Assembly (NCBI GenBank): GCA_951406725.2 | Contig: OX597821.1 | Coordinates: forward strand, 78,740,001-78,804,000 | DNA from: Octopus vulgaris | Lineage: Eukaryota | Reading direction: 5' to 3' | Length of the DNA stretch: 64,000 nt | Shown: positions 43,191 to 59,665 of the stretch, one piece after another | Layout: every line of letters begins with the position of its first letter | How positions within the stretch are numbered: position 1 is the stretch's first letter | The notes under the pieces: generated by a model | What the model was told of the DNA's origin: nothing | The model's input: the letters and a program-made list of their open reading frames with translations, nothing else | The model's database searches: none | Position numbers and translations under genes: made by a program

Positions 43191-44949
43191 AATACATTCA
43201 TAACTATTTACATTTCTCTAACGGACCATGCAAAATAGGCTTAAAATATGCATGAAAGGCAGTCATCGATCACATCGACGACACAAACGGAGAAATTATG
43301 ATATAATCCTTTCTACAAAAGGCAAAAGGCCTGACATTTGGGGGAGGGGAACTAATCGATTACATCGACCCCAGTGTTTCACTGATACTTGATTTATAGA
43401 TCCTGAAAGGCAAAGTCGAACTCGGCGGAATTTGAACTCAGAACGTAACAGCAGACGAAATACCGCGAATCATTTCGCCCGGCGTGCTGACGATTCTGCC
43501 AGCCTACAAATATACATAAGGAAGAAGCAAACATCGATTACATGGATAAAAATGGAGGAATTATAACTGATATCCATATTGAACATTTCTTATGATAACA
43601 TACAAAAGAGTTCTAACTAAAACTCTTCCGATACATTTTGAATGATATTTCATATGCGGCAAATTACTAAAGAATGCGTGTCTGTCTCACTGACCTCTCA
43701 TCTCTGCAAAGTGATGGAACGACTTACCAGAGGAAACAAATATTTTTTTTTTTTTTTACTTCGAGAAAAATTACTTGCTTTCATGATTTCTCTCACAGTT
43801 CCTGCGGCTGAATATTGACGCAACTGCTAAATCAAACATATATTTGGTCTATCGTCGTATTTTTGAATACCGTCCACAATGTTGGGATCAAGTCTTAGTA
43901 TAGATGGCTAATTTTCTTCTAATCGTAGTGAAATGTATTTGCAGAAGAAAAGGAGAATCGGAATTTAAAAGCGTTTAAACAGAAACAAGAATTTAAAAAG
44001 AAAAGCAATTAACTAATTAATAATTGCAAAGTCGTATAAGTTCATATCTAGATGTAGACAATGCATTACATTCTTCAGAAGAAATATTTTCATCATCAGC
44101 TCCCTGTTTTCACAATTTTCAGATGAATTATTTCAATAAAGCTGTGTCCTTGTTGTTATTGATATCAAGAGTTTCAATTAGCAGATTCACTAGAAATGAT
44201 AATAATTTCTTAGATAGGTGCAAAGCTACGATTTTCTAAAGCAAAAATTTATAATCGATTAGATCGAATTTCTGTATATTACTTGGCTTTTACAATCATA
44301 TTAAAAAAGAAAGAAAAAGTCGAATATACAATACATACTAGCATTTAGGTCGAGCGAATGACTGATTCCTTCATTTACTGCCCTCTGTCTATAAATAATT
44401 GTGATTTCTATCTTAGACACAAGTTGCATAGCACACAGATGGACGAACCGCAATATCTGACATGGTGGGATATGAAATAAGAATGTGTATGTACGGTACT
44501 AAATACTACAGATATTTTATCGGTCGAACCATGACTGTTAGAAACCCAGCGTCGCCACTTTCTTTCTCTTTGGAAATGGGAAATGATAATGGTAAGTCTA
44601 ATGTAACGAAGCACAAATCAGAGTACGTTCCAAGACAACAAAAAACAATTGAAATTACCTCCCTTTCTATTCATTAATTTGCTTACCTTTAGTATTCATG
44701 ACTGTTGCAGACTTGCTAAATAAACTTCAATTTCAGTTGAAATCCGACCAACCAGAAGTGTCTCACTAGAACCAGTATCTTCTGTCTTTCAATGTTTCTT
44801 TTTTCCAGTTTCCATAAACAAGATTATTTTGTATTTCTTTTATCGTGGTTATGACAAGTTAAGAACAATGTAAAGACAAAAGATATGTTCTTAAATCATT
44901 ATCATTTGATTTATTCTATCCTTGTAAGGATAAGCGAGCAACTTTAACT

Positions 44950-45180
44950 GACTTTCCCTCTAACTATAGAAGCCTATTTCACCTTTCTTAAGCACGATCT
45001 TAAACTTGGGGTATTATGTGTTTTTCTTTCTTGTTGTCAGAATACTTTACAGTTTAGGTGATAAATAAATTATCAGCTTTACCATTAGCTTCGTCAGTTC
45101 TTTGATCAATGTCTACTTTTATCTACCGAGCTTAGCAAATAAACCAATCGAAACAAGCTACTTGTATTTATACGGTTGGT
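44950..45180 (-). promoter_or_regulatory. Putative non-coding exon 1 and TATA promoter of gene B
   Basis: TATAAATA on minus strand (45165-45172); homologous to 10815-11130 (gataaataaattatca.cttta..attagcttcgt; aaataaacca.tcga). Confidence 0.5.
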
Positions 45181-46139
45181 GAACAAAAGAATTATATTTT
45201 AACCACGCAATCTATCGATAGCTTTCAATTCATTTGTAGATATTACGCTGGATAAATTATACTGAAAGGTGTCGGAAGAGATGCGCTCAGTGATATAGAA
45301 AAGGTTAAGATTATGAAATGAAGGCGAGATTAGCATTTAGGTTTAGAGCAAATGCAGATAGTGTTCCTGCCTAGGTCATGTACGTCACAAATTCTGATTT
45401 TGATTATCGAACAAACGTCTTTACAGTATTTATTGTAATTCTGACTTGTGCGTTCGGATCTGGTCAAGATCACATTTATTTTGAATACCACATCTACCCT
45501 CGATCGATAACGGTACTTACAATATATTAAGGTTGGTTCGATAAATGTTGACCTATTCTACAAACATTACACATGCTACTTGCTAAAATAAACAATCATG
45601 AACAAGCAGAAAAATTCATCCAACAGACGGTGAGCAAATTTGTCAAAAGTATATGTTGTATAAAAATGTATATTAATAGTTATCGCCAAACTAATATGGC
45701 AGTTCTTCAGCACCTCCGAGCGAAATGCAGTGCCATTATCTAGGAGCAGCTCATCCACGGGAGCCTCGTTCCAGGAATATCTCATTTAGTACTTTCACGA
45801 TTTCCTCTGTGTCTTCATCTCCCGGTCTACAGTCAACCGTTGAGAGGTAGTCTCCTGAAATAATAATAATTGTATAAAAATGGTTTTTAGAGAAATATTT
45901 AGCGTAAGAATAGGAAAGTACAAAATATATGAAACAAAAAGAAATAGGAAAAAATAACGTGGTAACTTATAAGGAGGGTTTGCGAGTTATAATAAGTTAG
46001 GAACGACAAAGTTTATTTCAAAATTTCTTGCAAATAGTGAAAGAACCAGTTTCTAACCTAGATTCGACGCTTCTTCATTGGAATTTCAACATCAACAAGG
46101 TATTTTTATTTGTATGTATGTATGTATTTATGTATGTAT

Positions 46140-46171
<32 letters not shown>

Positions 46172-46359
46172 TGTATGTATGTATGTATGTATGTATGTAT
46201 GTATGTATGTATGTATGTATGTATGTGCAGATTTGCATGTTTTATGCATGTATTCTCAGCATATACTTTCATGACTAGACATGCTAATATATATTTAAAT
46301 GATAAACTTCAGCAAAGTTTTACCGATTTTTACAATTGCAGTGATGGATTGGATCTGTA

Positions 46360-47760
46360 GTCTTTGAATTAGCTTTCTTCTTTCGGGTTTTGAGAAGCCT
46401 AATTTCTCAAGATTGGCATTTCGGCAGTGTGTTACATATCCCAGGTCCTCAATAATTACAGGTATAAACCTGAGCTTATAATCTGGATAGTGTAACTTCA
46501 GATTTCTAATTAGTTCAGTATAGGTGTTATTTTATTCACTGACCTTCAGCTTTAAGTAACATCTGCTGGGAAGAATATTTCCACAACTGTGAACAGTTTC
46601 TCTTCTTTATCCCAATATTCATAACATTTAGGCTGGTGTGCTTACATTTTATTGAGGTCTTCACTGGCACATTCTACCAGTGGCTATGATTTCTACCATA
46701 TTATGGGTTCTTATTTCTTTGTTCTCGGGATTATTCTTTAGACGGATTTCATTATAGAGCGTCCTAGCTGCGACATCATGTCCCATCGGTAGATAATACC
46801 GTGATGACATTTTCAGACAACTAATAATGATGTGGCTGATATCTTCATTGGGAACTCCATAAACTCTGCATCGGTTGTCACATTTTACAGTTTTTCCCGC
46901 ATCTCTCTTTCTTTTGTGCATCAGGTAGTTGGTAGATATTTCCAGTTCCTGGATTGCAAACGCATGCCCTTCAAAGTGGGAGGTAGTAATCCGGCTATTG
47001 GTCCATGATAAACTGCTCTGCTTATCGATGTTACTATCATCACGGAGCTTTCCAACATAACCATGCATAGTCTTCAGCTCATATAAGCTCATCTTTTCAT
47101 ATGATTATACATTGCGGTAGAGTCGTGCGACTTCTTTGAGCATGTATTCTAGGTTATCAGACAAAGGTTCTTGCTCAAGGAGCTACCTTCCAAGTCTTAT
47201 GATGGGATCAGCCTTATGTGTGCAAATTTGTTCAAGGGTCGCAAATCGACACTTGGTGGTTAAAAGATGTTGCCAAAGGGATATGATGCGACATTCAAAG
47301 GCATTTTGGATTGATGTTGAACCTCTGCCGCCTTGTTTTCGTTTTAGGTATGGGTCGTCTACGTAACTGTATATGTGGAAATTATGTGCGTTTGTTAGTA
47401 TTTTGTGGGTTTCCACATCAACAGCTCGATTCTCATCAACCATCCAATCAACTAGCCCAAATGTTATGAGTACCGGCATTGCAAACACATTGTGGGCCAC
47501 AGTTTTATTAAATGCAGACAGTTCTGAGGTCCAAATTGTCTTTATTCAGCTGTAATATTTTTTAGTGACACGTGTTTTATTACAGTTGCCATTTTAAAAT
47601 ATATTTTCATCCACCCGTAGATACCTGTAACATTCCTCGTCAGACACAGGGGAAACAGTCAAATCATTGATGATATTACTAGTTTGGTTTATAGTTTTTC
47701 TCCCTTTTCACAGCCATATAAAAACATTTATCCTGACCAAACTAGGAACCTACACCCTTT
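46360..47760 (-). mobile_element. R4/Dong-like non-LTR retrotransposon remnant
   Basis: Fragments YLKRKQGGRG, KTMHG, FEGHAFAIQE, CRV....EDISHIIISC; frameshifted. Confidence 0.75.
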
Positions 47761-48016
47761 GAGAATGTTGTAACTAAGTCAATGTTATCACTCAGTCAAT
47801 GTTAACACTCAGACAGATACAGGAGTAGATCCTCGTAAATGAAACGTTCCCTGTATTAAATAAGAAATACACATAAAAAGGAGATGTACTTGCACAGCAA
47901 ATGATTTTATCTGAGATCGTGTGCTGGAACGAAAACAATTGCAGCGCGGAAGGTGTTTGTAAGCCATTTAAGAAACACACAAAAACCGTTCGATTTACTT
48001 CAACATTTAAGTTTAA

Positions 48017-48067
48017 TTTGTCAAAATATTTTCGTCGCTATAAGACGGCGACCTGTTCACTGACAAA
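48017..48067 (-). ncRNA. Type I hammerhead, G3-C8 variant (decayed copy at 16965-17015)
   Basis: Minus strand: TTTGTCA GTGAACA G GTCGC CGTCTTATA GCGAC GAAA ATAT TT TGACAAA; 7-bp stem I, 5-bp stem II, palindromic stem III. Confidence 0.65.
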
Positions 48068-48840
48068 CATCCGTGCTGCATCTGACAAAGTAACAGTTAG
48101 TTCGTTATATATATGTACGTATGTATGTGTGTATGTATGTATACACGCATGTATGCATGCATGTATGTATGTATGTATGTACATACGTACGCCTACCCCA
48201 ATTCCCAGAGAATGTAGATACCTAGGTACATTTGCTATGGGGATAGGCTGACGCATACACACAGACACATATGGAGAAATACATCTATTCATAACAGACG
48301 CACGTACATGGTCACACAAAACCATACACATCGACACACTCAAACAGACACACACAAGGAGACAAAGGTATACACACAAATACACACACACACTTACAAA
48401 CACACAAACACACACACACAAACACTTGAATGTGCAGAATAAATACATACGTACATACGCACATACATACGTGCACATAAGCATACGTATATGCATACAC
48501 ACATACATATGTGCATACATAAGTACACATGCACACTGACGCATACACATGCTCACACACAGACAAAGAGGAAGGCAGCTTCAATAATGGAGAGATTCAA
48601 CATCCATTGAGCGAAAGTTTTGCAAGGAAAAGATATGTAAATAATAAATGAGAGGAGATTAAACAGAGTTAGATTACAAGGCATTAGAAACAATATGACT
48701 GTCCTCAGACACAACAATATATGGACCGCTGAAATCTACAAATTTTTTTATTCTCTCTCTGTTTATTTTCAAAAAAACAAAAGATGAAGACAGGTGCATG
48801 AACACTTGAATATGCAGAATAAATATATACGTACATACGC

Positions 48841-51161
<2,321 letters not shown>

Positions 51162-51360
51162 ATATATATTTATACTATAAATTAGATTTAATCCTAAATC
51201 TAATTTTTCCCTGTAAGTTTGGATTTACTCCCTAATATTATTATTATTATATATATGTATATGGGGTGAGAATTCACAAAAACAAAAGACAACAAAAGAC
51301 GAAGACTGGTGGTGTAGATAACAAACAGATGAATTAGTTTAACTCTGGGGAAGTGAAACA

Positions 51361-51398
51361 GTCTTTAACGTTTCGAGCCTACGCTCTTCTACAGAAGG
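51361..51398 (-). ncRNA. Hammerhead-like relic in a short repeat (also 12893-12930 +, 27793-27826 +)
   Basis: CTGTAGA A GAGC GTAG GCTC GAAA CG TT AAAGA. A6 is replaced by U here and at 12898; the 27797 copy keeps CTGACGA but has lost GAAA. Confidence 0.45.
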
Positions 51399-51432
51399 GA
51401 ACACAGAAAGAAACAAAGCGAAAATCGAGAAA

Positions 51433-51524
<92 letters not shown>

Positions 51525-51639
51525 GCGTGTGTGTGTGTCTGTATTGGTAATAAAACCCATATTCCTTTTAGAAATTTATCGAAACAAATGGATACATGTT
51601 CTTTATTACTTGAGAAAAGGAAAGACCTTCATATTTCAA

Positions 51640-52352
51640 CGTAACCATCGTTGGCGTCAACTCGTTTCCCCAGAGAGCCAGGGATGGAATGAACAACCTT
51701 CTGAAGGATGTCCTCTGGGATATCATTGAGAATCTCCTGAATCTGTGTCCCCATGTCCTCCAGTGTGCGAGGTTTTATATTGTACGGTATGCAAGGTTTT
51801 GTATTTTTTGTGTAACATCACAGGTAGAAATCACATGGAGTGAGATCTAGACGTCTTGAAGTTCTGGACTTCTGGACTTGTGATCACAGTCATCCAGCTT
51901 TAGCTCCAGTACTTAATGAGGTTTACACAGACGAAAATTCAGTTCTATATGCAAGACTGTACGCATTATGTGTCCTTGTTAGTTCACTTTCACGAGCACC
52001 TGATTGAGGTATGGTTGAACAGCCACTTCTTGCATCGTTCACTGAGCCTGTGGTCATCAGCTTTGCATGACAACTCTTTATTGTTTCCGGACGTAATGTT
52101 GCATGCTTACCTTTCCATGTACGCCACCATCTCTGAACCAAAACAACGGAATTCCACACTTCGAAGCGTGCTGCTCACTCCTGAACAGTCAGACGACCGG
52201 TCATCTGGAAAATAAGAAATAATAAGGCAATAAGAAAACAAAAAATCCCCATTAGAGTTGCTTGTTTAAAACATGTCTTCGTCATGACTTCAGTGATACT
52301 AAAAATTCTATAAGCAATTTCTAATGCCTAGTTACTTTACACCCACCCTGTT
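51640..52352 (-). mobile_element. Tc1/mariner-superfamily transposase remnant
   Basis: NSVVLVQRWWR..TIKSCHAKLMTTGSVND.RSG HTH; downstream DLTPCDFYL motif; terminus cagggtgggtgtaaag. Confidence 0.65.
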
Positions 52353-53092
52353 GACTGTTAGTACCACTTGTTATATGTAAGTCCATAGAACTTGTTGCTT
52401 GGTCGCGCCATCGGCAACTAAATCTGTAACCCTACAATGCCTGCTTAGTAAGGGGGTGGTTCTACATGCATCGTTTTGCAAAAATCAAAAATTGTCAATG
52501 GAAGGTTGAAATCAGTTGAGTCATCAGTCATCCAAACCTTGGAGCTGGATCAGAATTAGTCATTATTTAGAAATCTCTTTGGGAGGAAGAAAATTTTGAT
52601 ATAATACCTGGGACTTAGTTTGCATCCAATGATGTATACTTCATCGTTTTGGGTAAATGTATACGTTGTTTTATGTGGGAATAGCCCTGAAGCACAATGT
52701 TATACTTTAGAACATTGTTTCACATCGTTTTACTTTGAAAAGGTTCATGCAAAGCAATCGCTGGATTTTTAACATTCCTATTATGTAATGCATACAATGG
52801 TTGGTCGTAATCGAGAAAGACAAAACGTGGAACGAAAAAGTGCCAAAGCGATATGAAGGCATGAGTAAGTGTGGCTGATAAGCACTTTTAGTACCTTCTG
52901 CGTAAGGCAGTTATCGTTGCCAATCTTTGCAAAAGACTGGTTTATAACAGGGCTGAGAAAACAAGAAAACATATATTTGCTGCTAAAGGGAGCATTGTAT
53001 TGTTGTTGGAAATCGGGTGCCTCCTCAGCGGAAGGTTTATAATGATTAAAAAGCAGAAGAGACATACATACATTCATACATACATACATACA

Positions 53093-53129
<37 letters not shown>

Positions 53130-53137
53130 GTGTGTGT

Positions 53138-53212
<75 letters not shown>

Positions 53213-53863
53213 AATGTGTGTAATTCGATAGAATGAGATAACAAATACAAGGCTTTCATGAGATAGTCTTACTGCTGTTTCTGGAATATTATGTATATCC
53301 TTTCTTCATAGGCGGTCTGAGAAAATATTTGAATTTGAATTATTGTGGAAGAGATAAGGAATATAGAGGGAAGAGAATGAAAGTAGAAATGAAATCATTC
53401 GAGTTCGATGTGAAAATATGTATGGACCATAAACAAAACTTGACTTAAACAGGATTCGAATAATCCTATCAGGTGGTGCTATTAAGTTAGACATGGCCTG
53501 GACCAATCTTTGATCGAAACATATCTAAGTTTATCTAAGTTTATATATATAAAATATATGGCCACAGCTCAAGAGCTGAAACTGGAAAACATAAACATAA
53601 GATATATATATATATTTAAACATAGGTGTTAGCTTTTCCTTTTATTTTTCTTATATTTTACGCACATGTAGATGTACATACACATTGATACGTCTGTCGT
53701 CTTTTTCATTTCGTCTCTCTTACTGTTATTATTTCCCTTTTAAAACTTGTTCGCAACTAGCCGATTTTTCCCTATTACCCCACTTGTAATCTCCCTTCTT
53801 GTATCTTATCTTAATTTACTTTATTTTATTAAACATTTTTTCATGTCCTTACAAAATTTCTTC

Positions 53864-53961
53864 ACACTGATGAAAATGACAATGCATAAATTTAATTATA
53901 ATTACTATGGTTATAATTTTTTCTTGCATATTCGTATTGTCCTTTTGAAACGCGTGCATGT
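53864..53961 (+). ncRNA. Type I hammerhead, slightly decayed
   Basis: ACA CTGATGA AAATGACAAT..ATTGTCCTTTT GAAA CGCGTG CA TGT; U16.1 appears mutated. Confidence 0.55.
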
Positions 53962-54539
53962 ATTGAATCCTATTTTGTATTAAATCTAATTTTGATTCAA
54001 CATCTTTATCTCCTCCATTTTCTATAATTGTTTATGGTATTTTTATATCTATAACGATATTTTTCAAGTATATATATATATGTATATATATATAACGGGA
54101 AGCTTTATGAAAATAAACAAAAGACGAAGGCAGGTGGAGTACAAACAAACAATTGTATTAGTATGGCGCTCAGGCCATGTTTATATATATGTAACAAAAC
54201 ACAATAACGTGTTTTGATATATAATTTTACACTTCGTTATTTGAACGACTGAAGACAAGTAAGATTAATAACTTTTAAAATTAAATTAATTTTCGTAATT
54301 AATTATTTGATATGTTGATTTAACTGCAGTACACTCATAGTGATTTTAAAATTATTATTTATATTTGTCTTGCCCGAATACAGCCGAATTTCGAATGAAG
54401 GAAATATATAGATGTTTTATGAAAACGTTTATTTTTCAACACGTTAAGAGACAGGTTCTATCTTCCTTCCTTTTCCTGATATATATATATATATATATAT
54501 ATAATTCTCATTAATATCATTTAACCAACAATAAGGATC

Positions 54540-55090
54540 AATGTCAAAACCTTGATGAACTCACAACTCACAAGTAAGACGAATATAAATAATAGAGGAA
54601 AACTCATGAATGAAAAGGAGGGACAAGTTCAAACACGAAATGTCTTAGTGTTCTTTTAGAAGTTGAGGCATAAAGAAAATTATAATTGTCACTATTAAAA
54701 AAGAATTATTGTTGATTGTTTAACTGAAACTGAGGTCTTAAATATAGATAATCATTCCTGATTGATTTCTTTAGGTTATTGCCTCTGTTTTCAAATTCTG
54801 TTGTAGCATGGACATTTTACAAGGTTAATTAACCACATTTCCTGTATTATAAACTACGTCCCTATTAATTACCAAATAGCACCTAAACTCTATACCGATG
54901 GTGATTATTTCATTGAATTTCAAAAATAAGAAAATAGCTAATGTTAATTCTTTTTGATAAGCAAACAAGAAACTGCAGAAGCACTGGGGTATTTCTTTGT
55001 TTACATTAACAACAGATGTTTCTCTATGTCATTTATATATTATATATATACCTACATAGATACGGAGACAAATACATTCACACACATATC
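54540..55090. other. Conserved non-coding block, copy upstream of gene B
   Basis: gatggtgattattttcattgaatttc..aaacaagaaa..tttacatt..tacatagatacgg matches 18120-18305. Confidence 0.6.
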
Positions 55091-55156
55091 TGTCTATCTA
55101 TTTATCTACCTACCTATCTAACTATCTATTAATATAATATACAATATAAATATGTA

Positions 55157-55217
<61 letters not shown>

Positions 55218-55280
55218 TACATATAATATTATATTATATTATATTACACACACACATTTATATATATATATTATAATATA

Positions 55281-55348
<68 letters not shown>

Positions 55349-55364
55349 AGAGAGAGAGAGAGAG

Positions 55365-56119
55365 AATAGTAAAAAGTGAAAAAACTACAGAAGGCTTGTT
55401 TTAAAGGTTAAAAAATATATATTTGAGTCATTATGTCTGAAGAATGTTATAAATTTTTCCTACAATGACATAGTTTTTGAAGAAATGACCGTTTCGCGTT
55501 CAGCTTTTCAAATTTCTTACATCGTTATGTTTACGTTGAGAAGTGTGGAGAAGAGTTCCAGATAAGGGGAGGTAATAAGTGATTTCTTTCGGTGTAAGGG
55601 AGATAATCGCTTAATATTTCTTGCCTTGTTTTTGGAGTGAGTTTTTCTGTATAAGAATGTTGGAATGGTAAAGTTTGGGCTTGTATTTTTCAATGAAGAA
55701 TGTTTCCTTGTTTAATCTAATTTGTGTTGGTGTTCCGATAGCACATTGGTAAAATGGAAAGATTAGACTAAACAAGGAAACATTCTTCATTGAAAAATAC
55801 AAGCCCAAACTTAACCATTCCAACATTCTTATACAGAGAAACTCACTCCAAAAACAAGGCAAGAAATATTAAGCGATTATCTCCCTTACACCGAAGAAAT
55901 CACTTATTACCTCCCCTTATCTGGAACTCTTCTCCACACTTCTCAACGTAAACATAACGATGTAAGAAATTTGAAAAGCTGAACGCGAAACCGGTCATTT
56001 CTTCAAAAACTATGTCATTGTAGGAAAAAATTTATAACATTCTTCAGACATAATGACTCAAATATATATTTTTTAACCTTTTAAAACAAGCCTTCTGTAG
56101 TTTTTTCACTTTTTACTAT
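55365..56119. mobile_element. Near-perfect palindrome of PLE 3' end (GIY-YIG tail + pLTR)
   Basis: ~355-bp arms with few differences, ~40-bp spacer (55721-55760); encodes IRLNKETFFIEKYKPKLN; hammerhead in each arm. Confidence 0.9.
55964..56003 (+). ncRNA. Minimal type I hammerhead, U3-A8 variant (mirror copy 55480-55518 on minus)
   Basis: AAGAAAT TTGAAAA GC TGAAC GC GAAA CCGG TC ATTTCTT; the mirror copy lacks one C in stem III. Confidence 0.75.
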
Positions 56120-56163
56120 TTTCTATATATTCAACCACGTTCTTTCACAAACCAACTTTCTCA

Positions 56164-56235
<72 letters not shown>

Positions 56236-56724
56236 TATATGTATATGTATAATATTTAATATACATCACTTGGAAAAGGAAACTTGGCAATAAGAAATGC
56301 CTTTCTGCACTCATTTGGTACACTGTTCGATATTTGGAGCTGCAAGTGTTCCATAGTTTTGTCTTCAAAAGAGGATTGTTCCCCCACAGGTAAGAGAGGC
56401 AATCATTACCACGTTGACTGTTGTTGCCCCCGTGAAAAGAAATGCGTTTTCTACAGTTAGATTTCATAAGCTCACAGAGGCCAAACCAGTATGCAAGTGG
56501 GCTCAACTAATTATAAAGAAAGTAAGAGAGAGATTTCTACTGAAAAAAGGAAACGCCTAGGCAGAGTGAGGGAAGAAAAGAAGAGAATGAAGAGTGAAAT
56601 CATGCAAAGAGAAGAACAGCATTGTCATGATATTCATCAGTTCTTTGATAATGAAGAAATGAAGTAATGTCAGATGAAAACTCTAAAGAATCTTCTGAAG
56701 CCATACACAAGAGATGAAAATACA

Positions 56725-56978
56725 ATACTCTTTTACTCTTTTACTTGTTTCTGTCATTTGACGGCGGCCATGCTAGAGCACCGCCTTTAGTCGAACAACT
56801 CTACCCCAGGACTTATTCTTTGTAAGCCTAGTACTTTTTCTATCGTTCTCTTTTGCCGAACCGCTAAGTTACGGGGACATAAACACACCAGCATCGGTTG
56901 TCAAACGCTGTTGAGGGGACAAACGCAGACACACAAACACACACACACACACACACACAGAGACACACATACACACAG

Positions 56979-57009
<31 letters not shown>

Positions 57010-57207
57010 CACACACACACATACATACATATATATATATACATATATACGACGGCCTTCTTTCAGTTTCCATCTACCAAATCCACTCACAAGGATTTGG
57101 TCGGCCCAAGGCTATAGGAGAAGACACTTGCCCAAGGTGCCACGCAGTAGGACTGAACCCGGAACCATGTGGTTGGTAAACAAGGTATTTACTACACAGC
57201 CACTCCT
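56725..57207 (-). mobile_element. tRNA-derived SINE with (CA)n insert
   Basis: Same family as 22165 and 42801, with the head at ~57200. Confidence 0.7.
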
Positions 57208-57229
57208 ACGCAATACAAGAGACATTTCA

Positions 57230-58960
57230 AACATTGTATTAACTAGTATTTGTTACCATACTGGAGTCCGTGAGGCTGCTGAAATTGCAACTGCCTTATC
57301 AGTCAATGGGATTCATCCTTGGTTATAGTTCATAATAAACATAGAAGAGCGCAAGAAAAAGTAATGAGTGAGATAGCTGATCAGCAAAAAAAAAAAAATT
57401 AAAATGAGGGCTCTCATATCATTCATAGAAGAATAGATGAAACCATGGTTATGGTTGAAGTACATGGAATTTCTAGGACATTTCCAGGTTTAATCAAAGA
57501 AGAGCTATCCACTGTCTGTTCTGAGTCTGGTCGTTGGTTTTTGTTCCATTTTACACCTGCAGTTGAATTGGAAGGGAAAAACTTACAGAGGTAATTGCTG
57601 AGAATATTGTATGCTGGCTTCAAGAGAGAGGGCTTGAAAATTAAGCGCAGGCTATTGATGGGGAATAAACAGTAGTGAATATTGCCTGGAAGTGAGTCTA
57701 TTAAGAGAAAGAACTTGAAAGACGACTTTTTTAAAAATTGTATGCGATTTACATACATGTAAACTACCTCTACGTCACATCATCCAGGAAATTGATGTTC
57801 CTACAAAAAGCAATACTAAGTGGTCGGTCCTCTTAGCAACATGTTAGATGAAGTAACACAACTAGAAATAAATGCAAACTTTCCAAAGATTCAAGTAGGC
57901 CCTCCCATTCCAGTGTTGCCAGAAGAAATTGTCAAAGACCTCAACACAGATCACTCTTATGCTTATCACATTGCTCAAGCAATAATATCAGGTGAAGTAT
58001 CTCAAGCAGTAATATCAGTTGAAGTCACAGCCGTTGGTTAACTACAGCTCCGCGCTTGTGCAGGATTTGGATTTCCTGACACCAATTGAAGGGAAAGGTC
58101 CTGATGGATTTGAGATTAATTATTGAATTTATAGTTGGTGTCTATCTTCTCCACTGGTTTAACATTAAGCTCAATCCCAAATGGGTCGATGTTATCAATC
58201 GCCCTTTGTTCCAACTGCAGCTTGCATGTACACAAATTAAGTTGATGAAGGATATCGTGTTATCTGTGGTGAGGAGGACCACATGGTATGCCCAATCGGA
58301 AGAGGTGTTGCAAGTAATGCTTTGCAGCTAATGTTCAAGTCTTGGTACTGAGGCTATAGAAGCCATTCTAAGATTTGAAGATGAACAGTTGAGAGACTGC
58401 TCATTTAGTCAAAGAAAAATTGTCCAATTAAATGTCAATTCCACCAAGCTGTGTGAGTTGTTTAATTTGAATTCGGACGCGTTGGAACCACCATTAAAAA
58501 CATCCTTAACTAGTATGAATCTCAAAACCTTTAAAGGCACACCAATGATAGTACAAAATCTCCACCACACGCACAAAGTGTTGAGTGGAGTGTTAAAATT
58601 GTCGCTGAAGCTGCGAGTCATGTTTACAGTCACGCGAAGCTAGAGGGTTACATCAAAGCACAAGCAGCCAGCCGGCAATTGATGAAAGGAAACAACAGCA
58701 TGTGAAGGCTTTGACTACTTTCAAATGGTATATTGGAATGTATTATAGTATATTTGAAACTTGAAACAAAGATGCTGGTGAAAACCAATTATGTTCAAAT
58801 TGTTCAAAATATACGTTTCACACTTATATTGATGTAGTTAAGGATTCTTTGAAATTGCTTTTCTTTCCATAATTTTGTTTTATACGCTAAAAGGCTACAA
58901 CAATTTACTACCAAAATTAAAGATATGAATGTTCTAGTTACAGCCCAAAATTGACACACC

Positions 58961-58962
<2 letters not shown>
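57230..58962 (+). mobile_element. DNA transposase pseudogene, superfamily uncertain (possibly Sola2-like)
   Basis: Fragments DLNTDHSYAYHIAQAIISGEV, HSRW-like motif, VGVY..WFNIK, WYAQSEEVL, PHAQSVE.SVKIVAEA; ends aaaattgacacaccctg before a TA run. Confidence 0.55.
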
Positions 58963-59012
<50 letters not shown>

Positions 59013-59152
59013 AATTATTAGAGAGTTATCCACTATGTGGATAACTCTAGTGCTAAAAATAGCTCCGAAGCAACCACAGAAGATCAGTTTCCAACTAGAA
59101 TCAACATACATTTAACGGAAGGAAAGTGAAATACAACGAATAAAATAGATTG

Positions 59153-59229
59153 ACTCTATACAATTGTTTCATTACTAATGTAATAAATTAGTTTTACTTA
59201 CACTTACATCTATAAATCTTCGGTAGAGT
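59153..59229 (-). ncRNA. Type I hammerhead (C at position 4)
   Basis: ACTCTA CCGAAGA TTTATAGATGTAA..TTACATTAGTAAT GAAA CAATTG TA TAGAGT; perfect 6-bp stem I. Confidence 0.65.
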
Positions 59230-59362
59230 TTGTCAGAAATGCAATTAATTAGATCGATTCGAGCGTCAAAAACACGAGCGGTCCAACCAATTACATTTTT
59301 AGTTATGTCTCAAATTCCGCGCCAAAAGCATGCCTAGACTCCATTGGAAACGTATGCCGCAT

Positions 59363-59401
<39 letters not shown>

Positions 59402-59453
59402 ATATTATATATATATATATCAATATTATATATATATCAATATATATATACAT

Positions 59454-59572
<119 letters not shown>

Positions 59573-59601
59573 TATATATATATACACATATATATATATA
59601 T

Positions 59602-59665
<64 letters not shown>

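Noticed and set aside
56123-56506. 127-aa minus-strand ORF
   Set aside because: No recognisable motif or splice signals, and it runs into a TA repeat.
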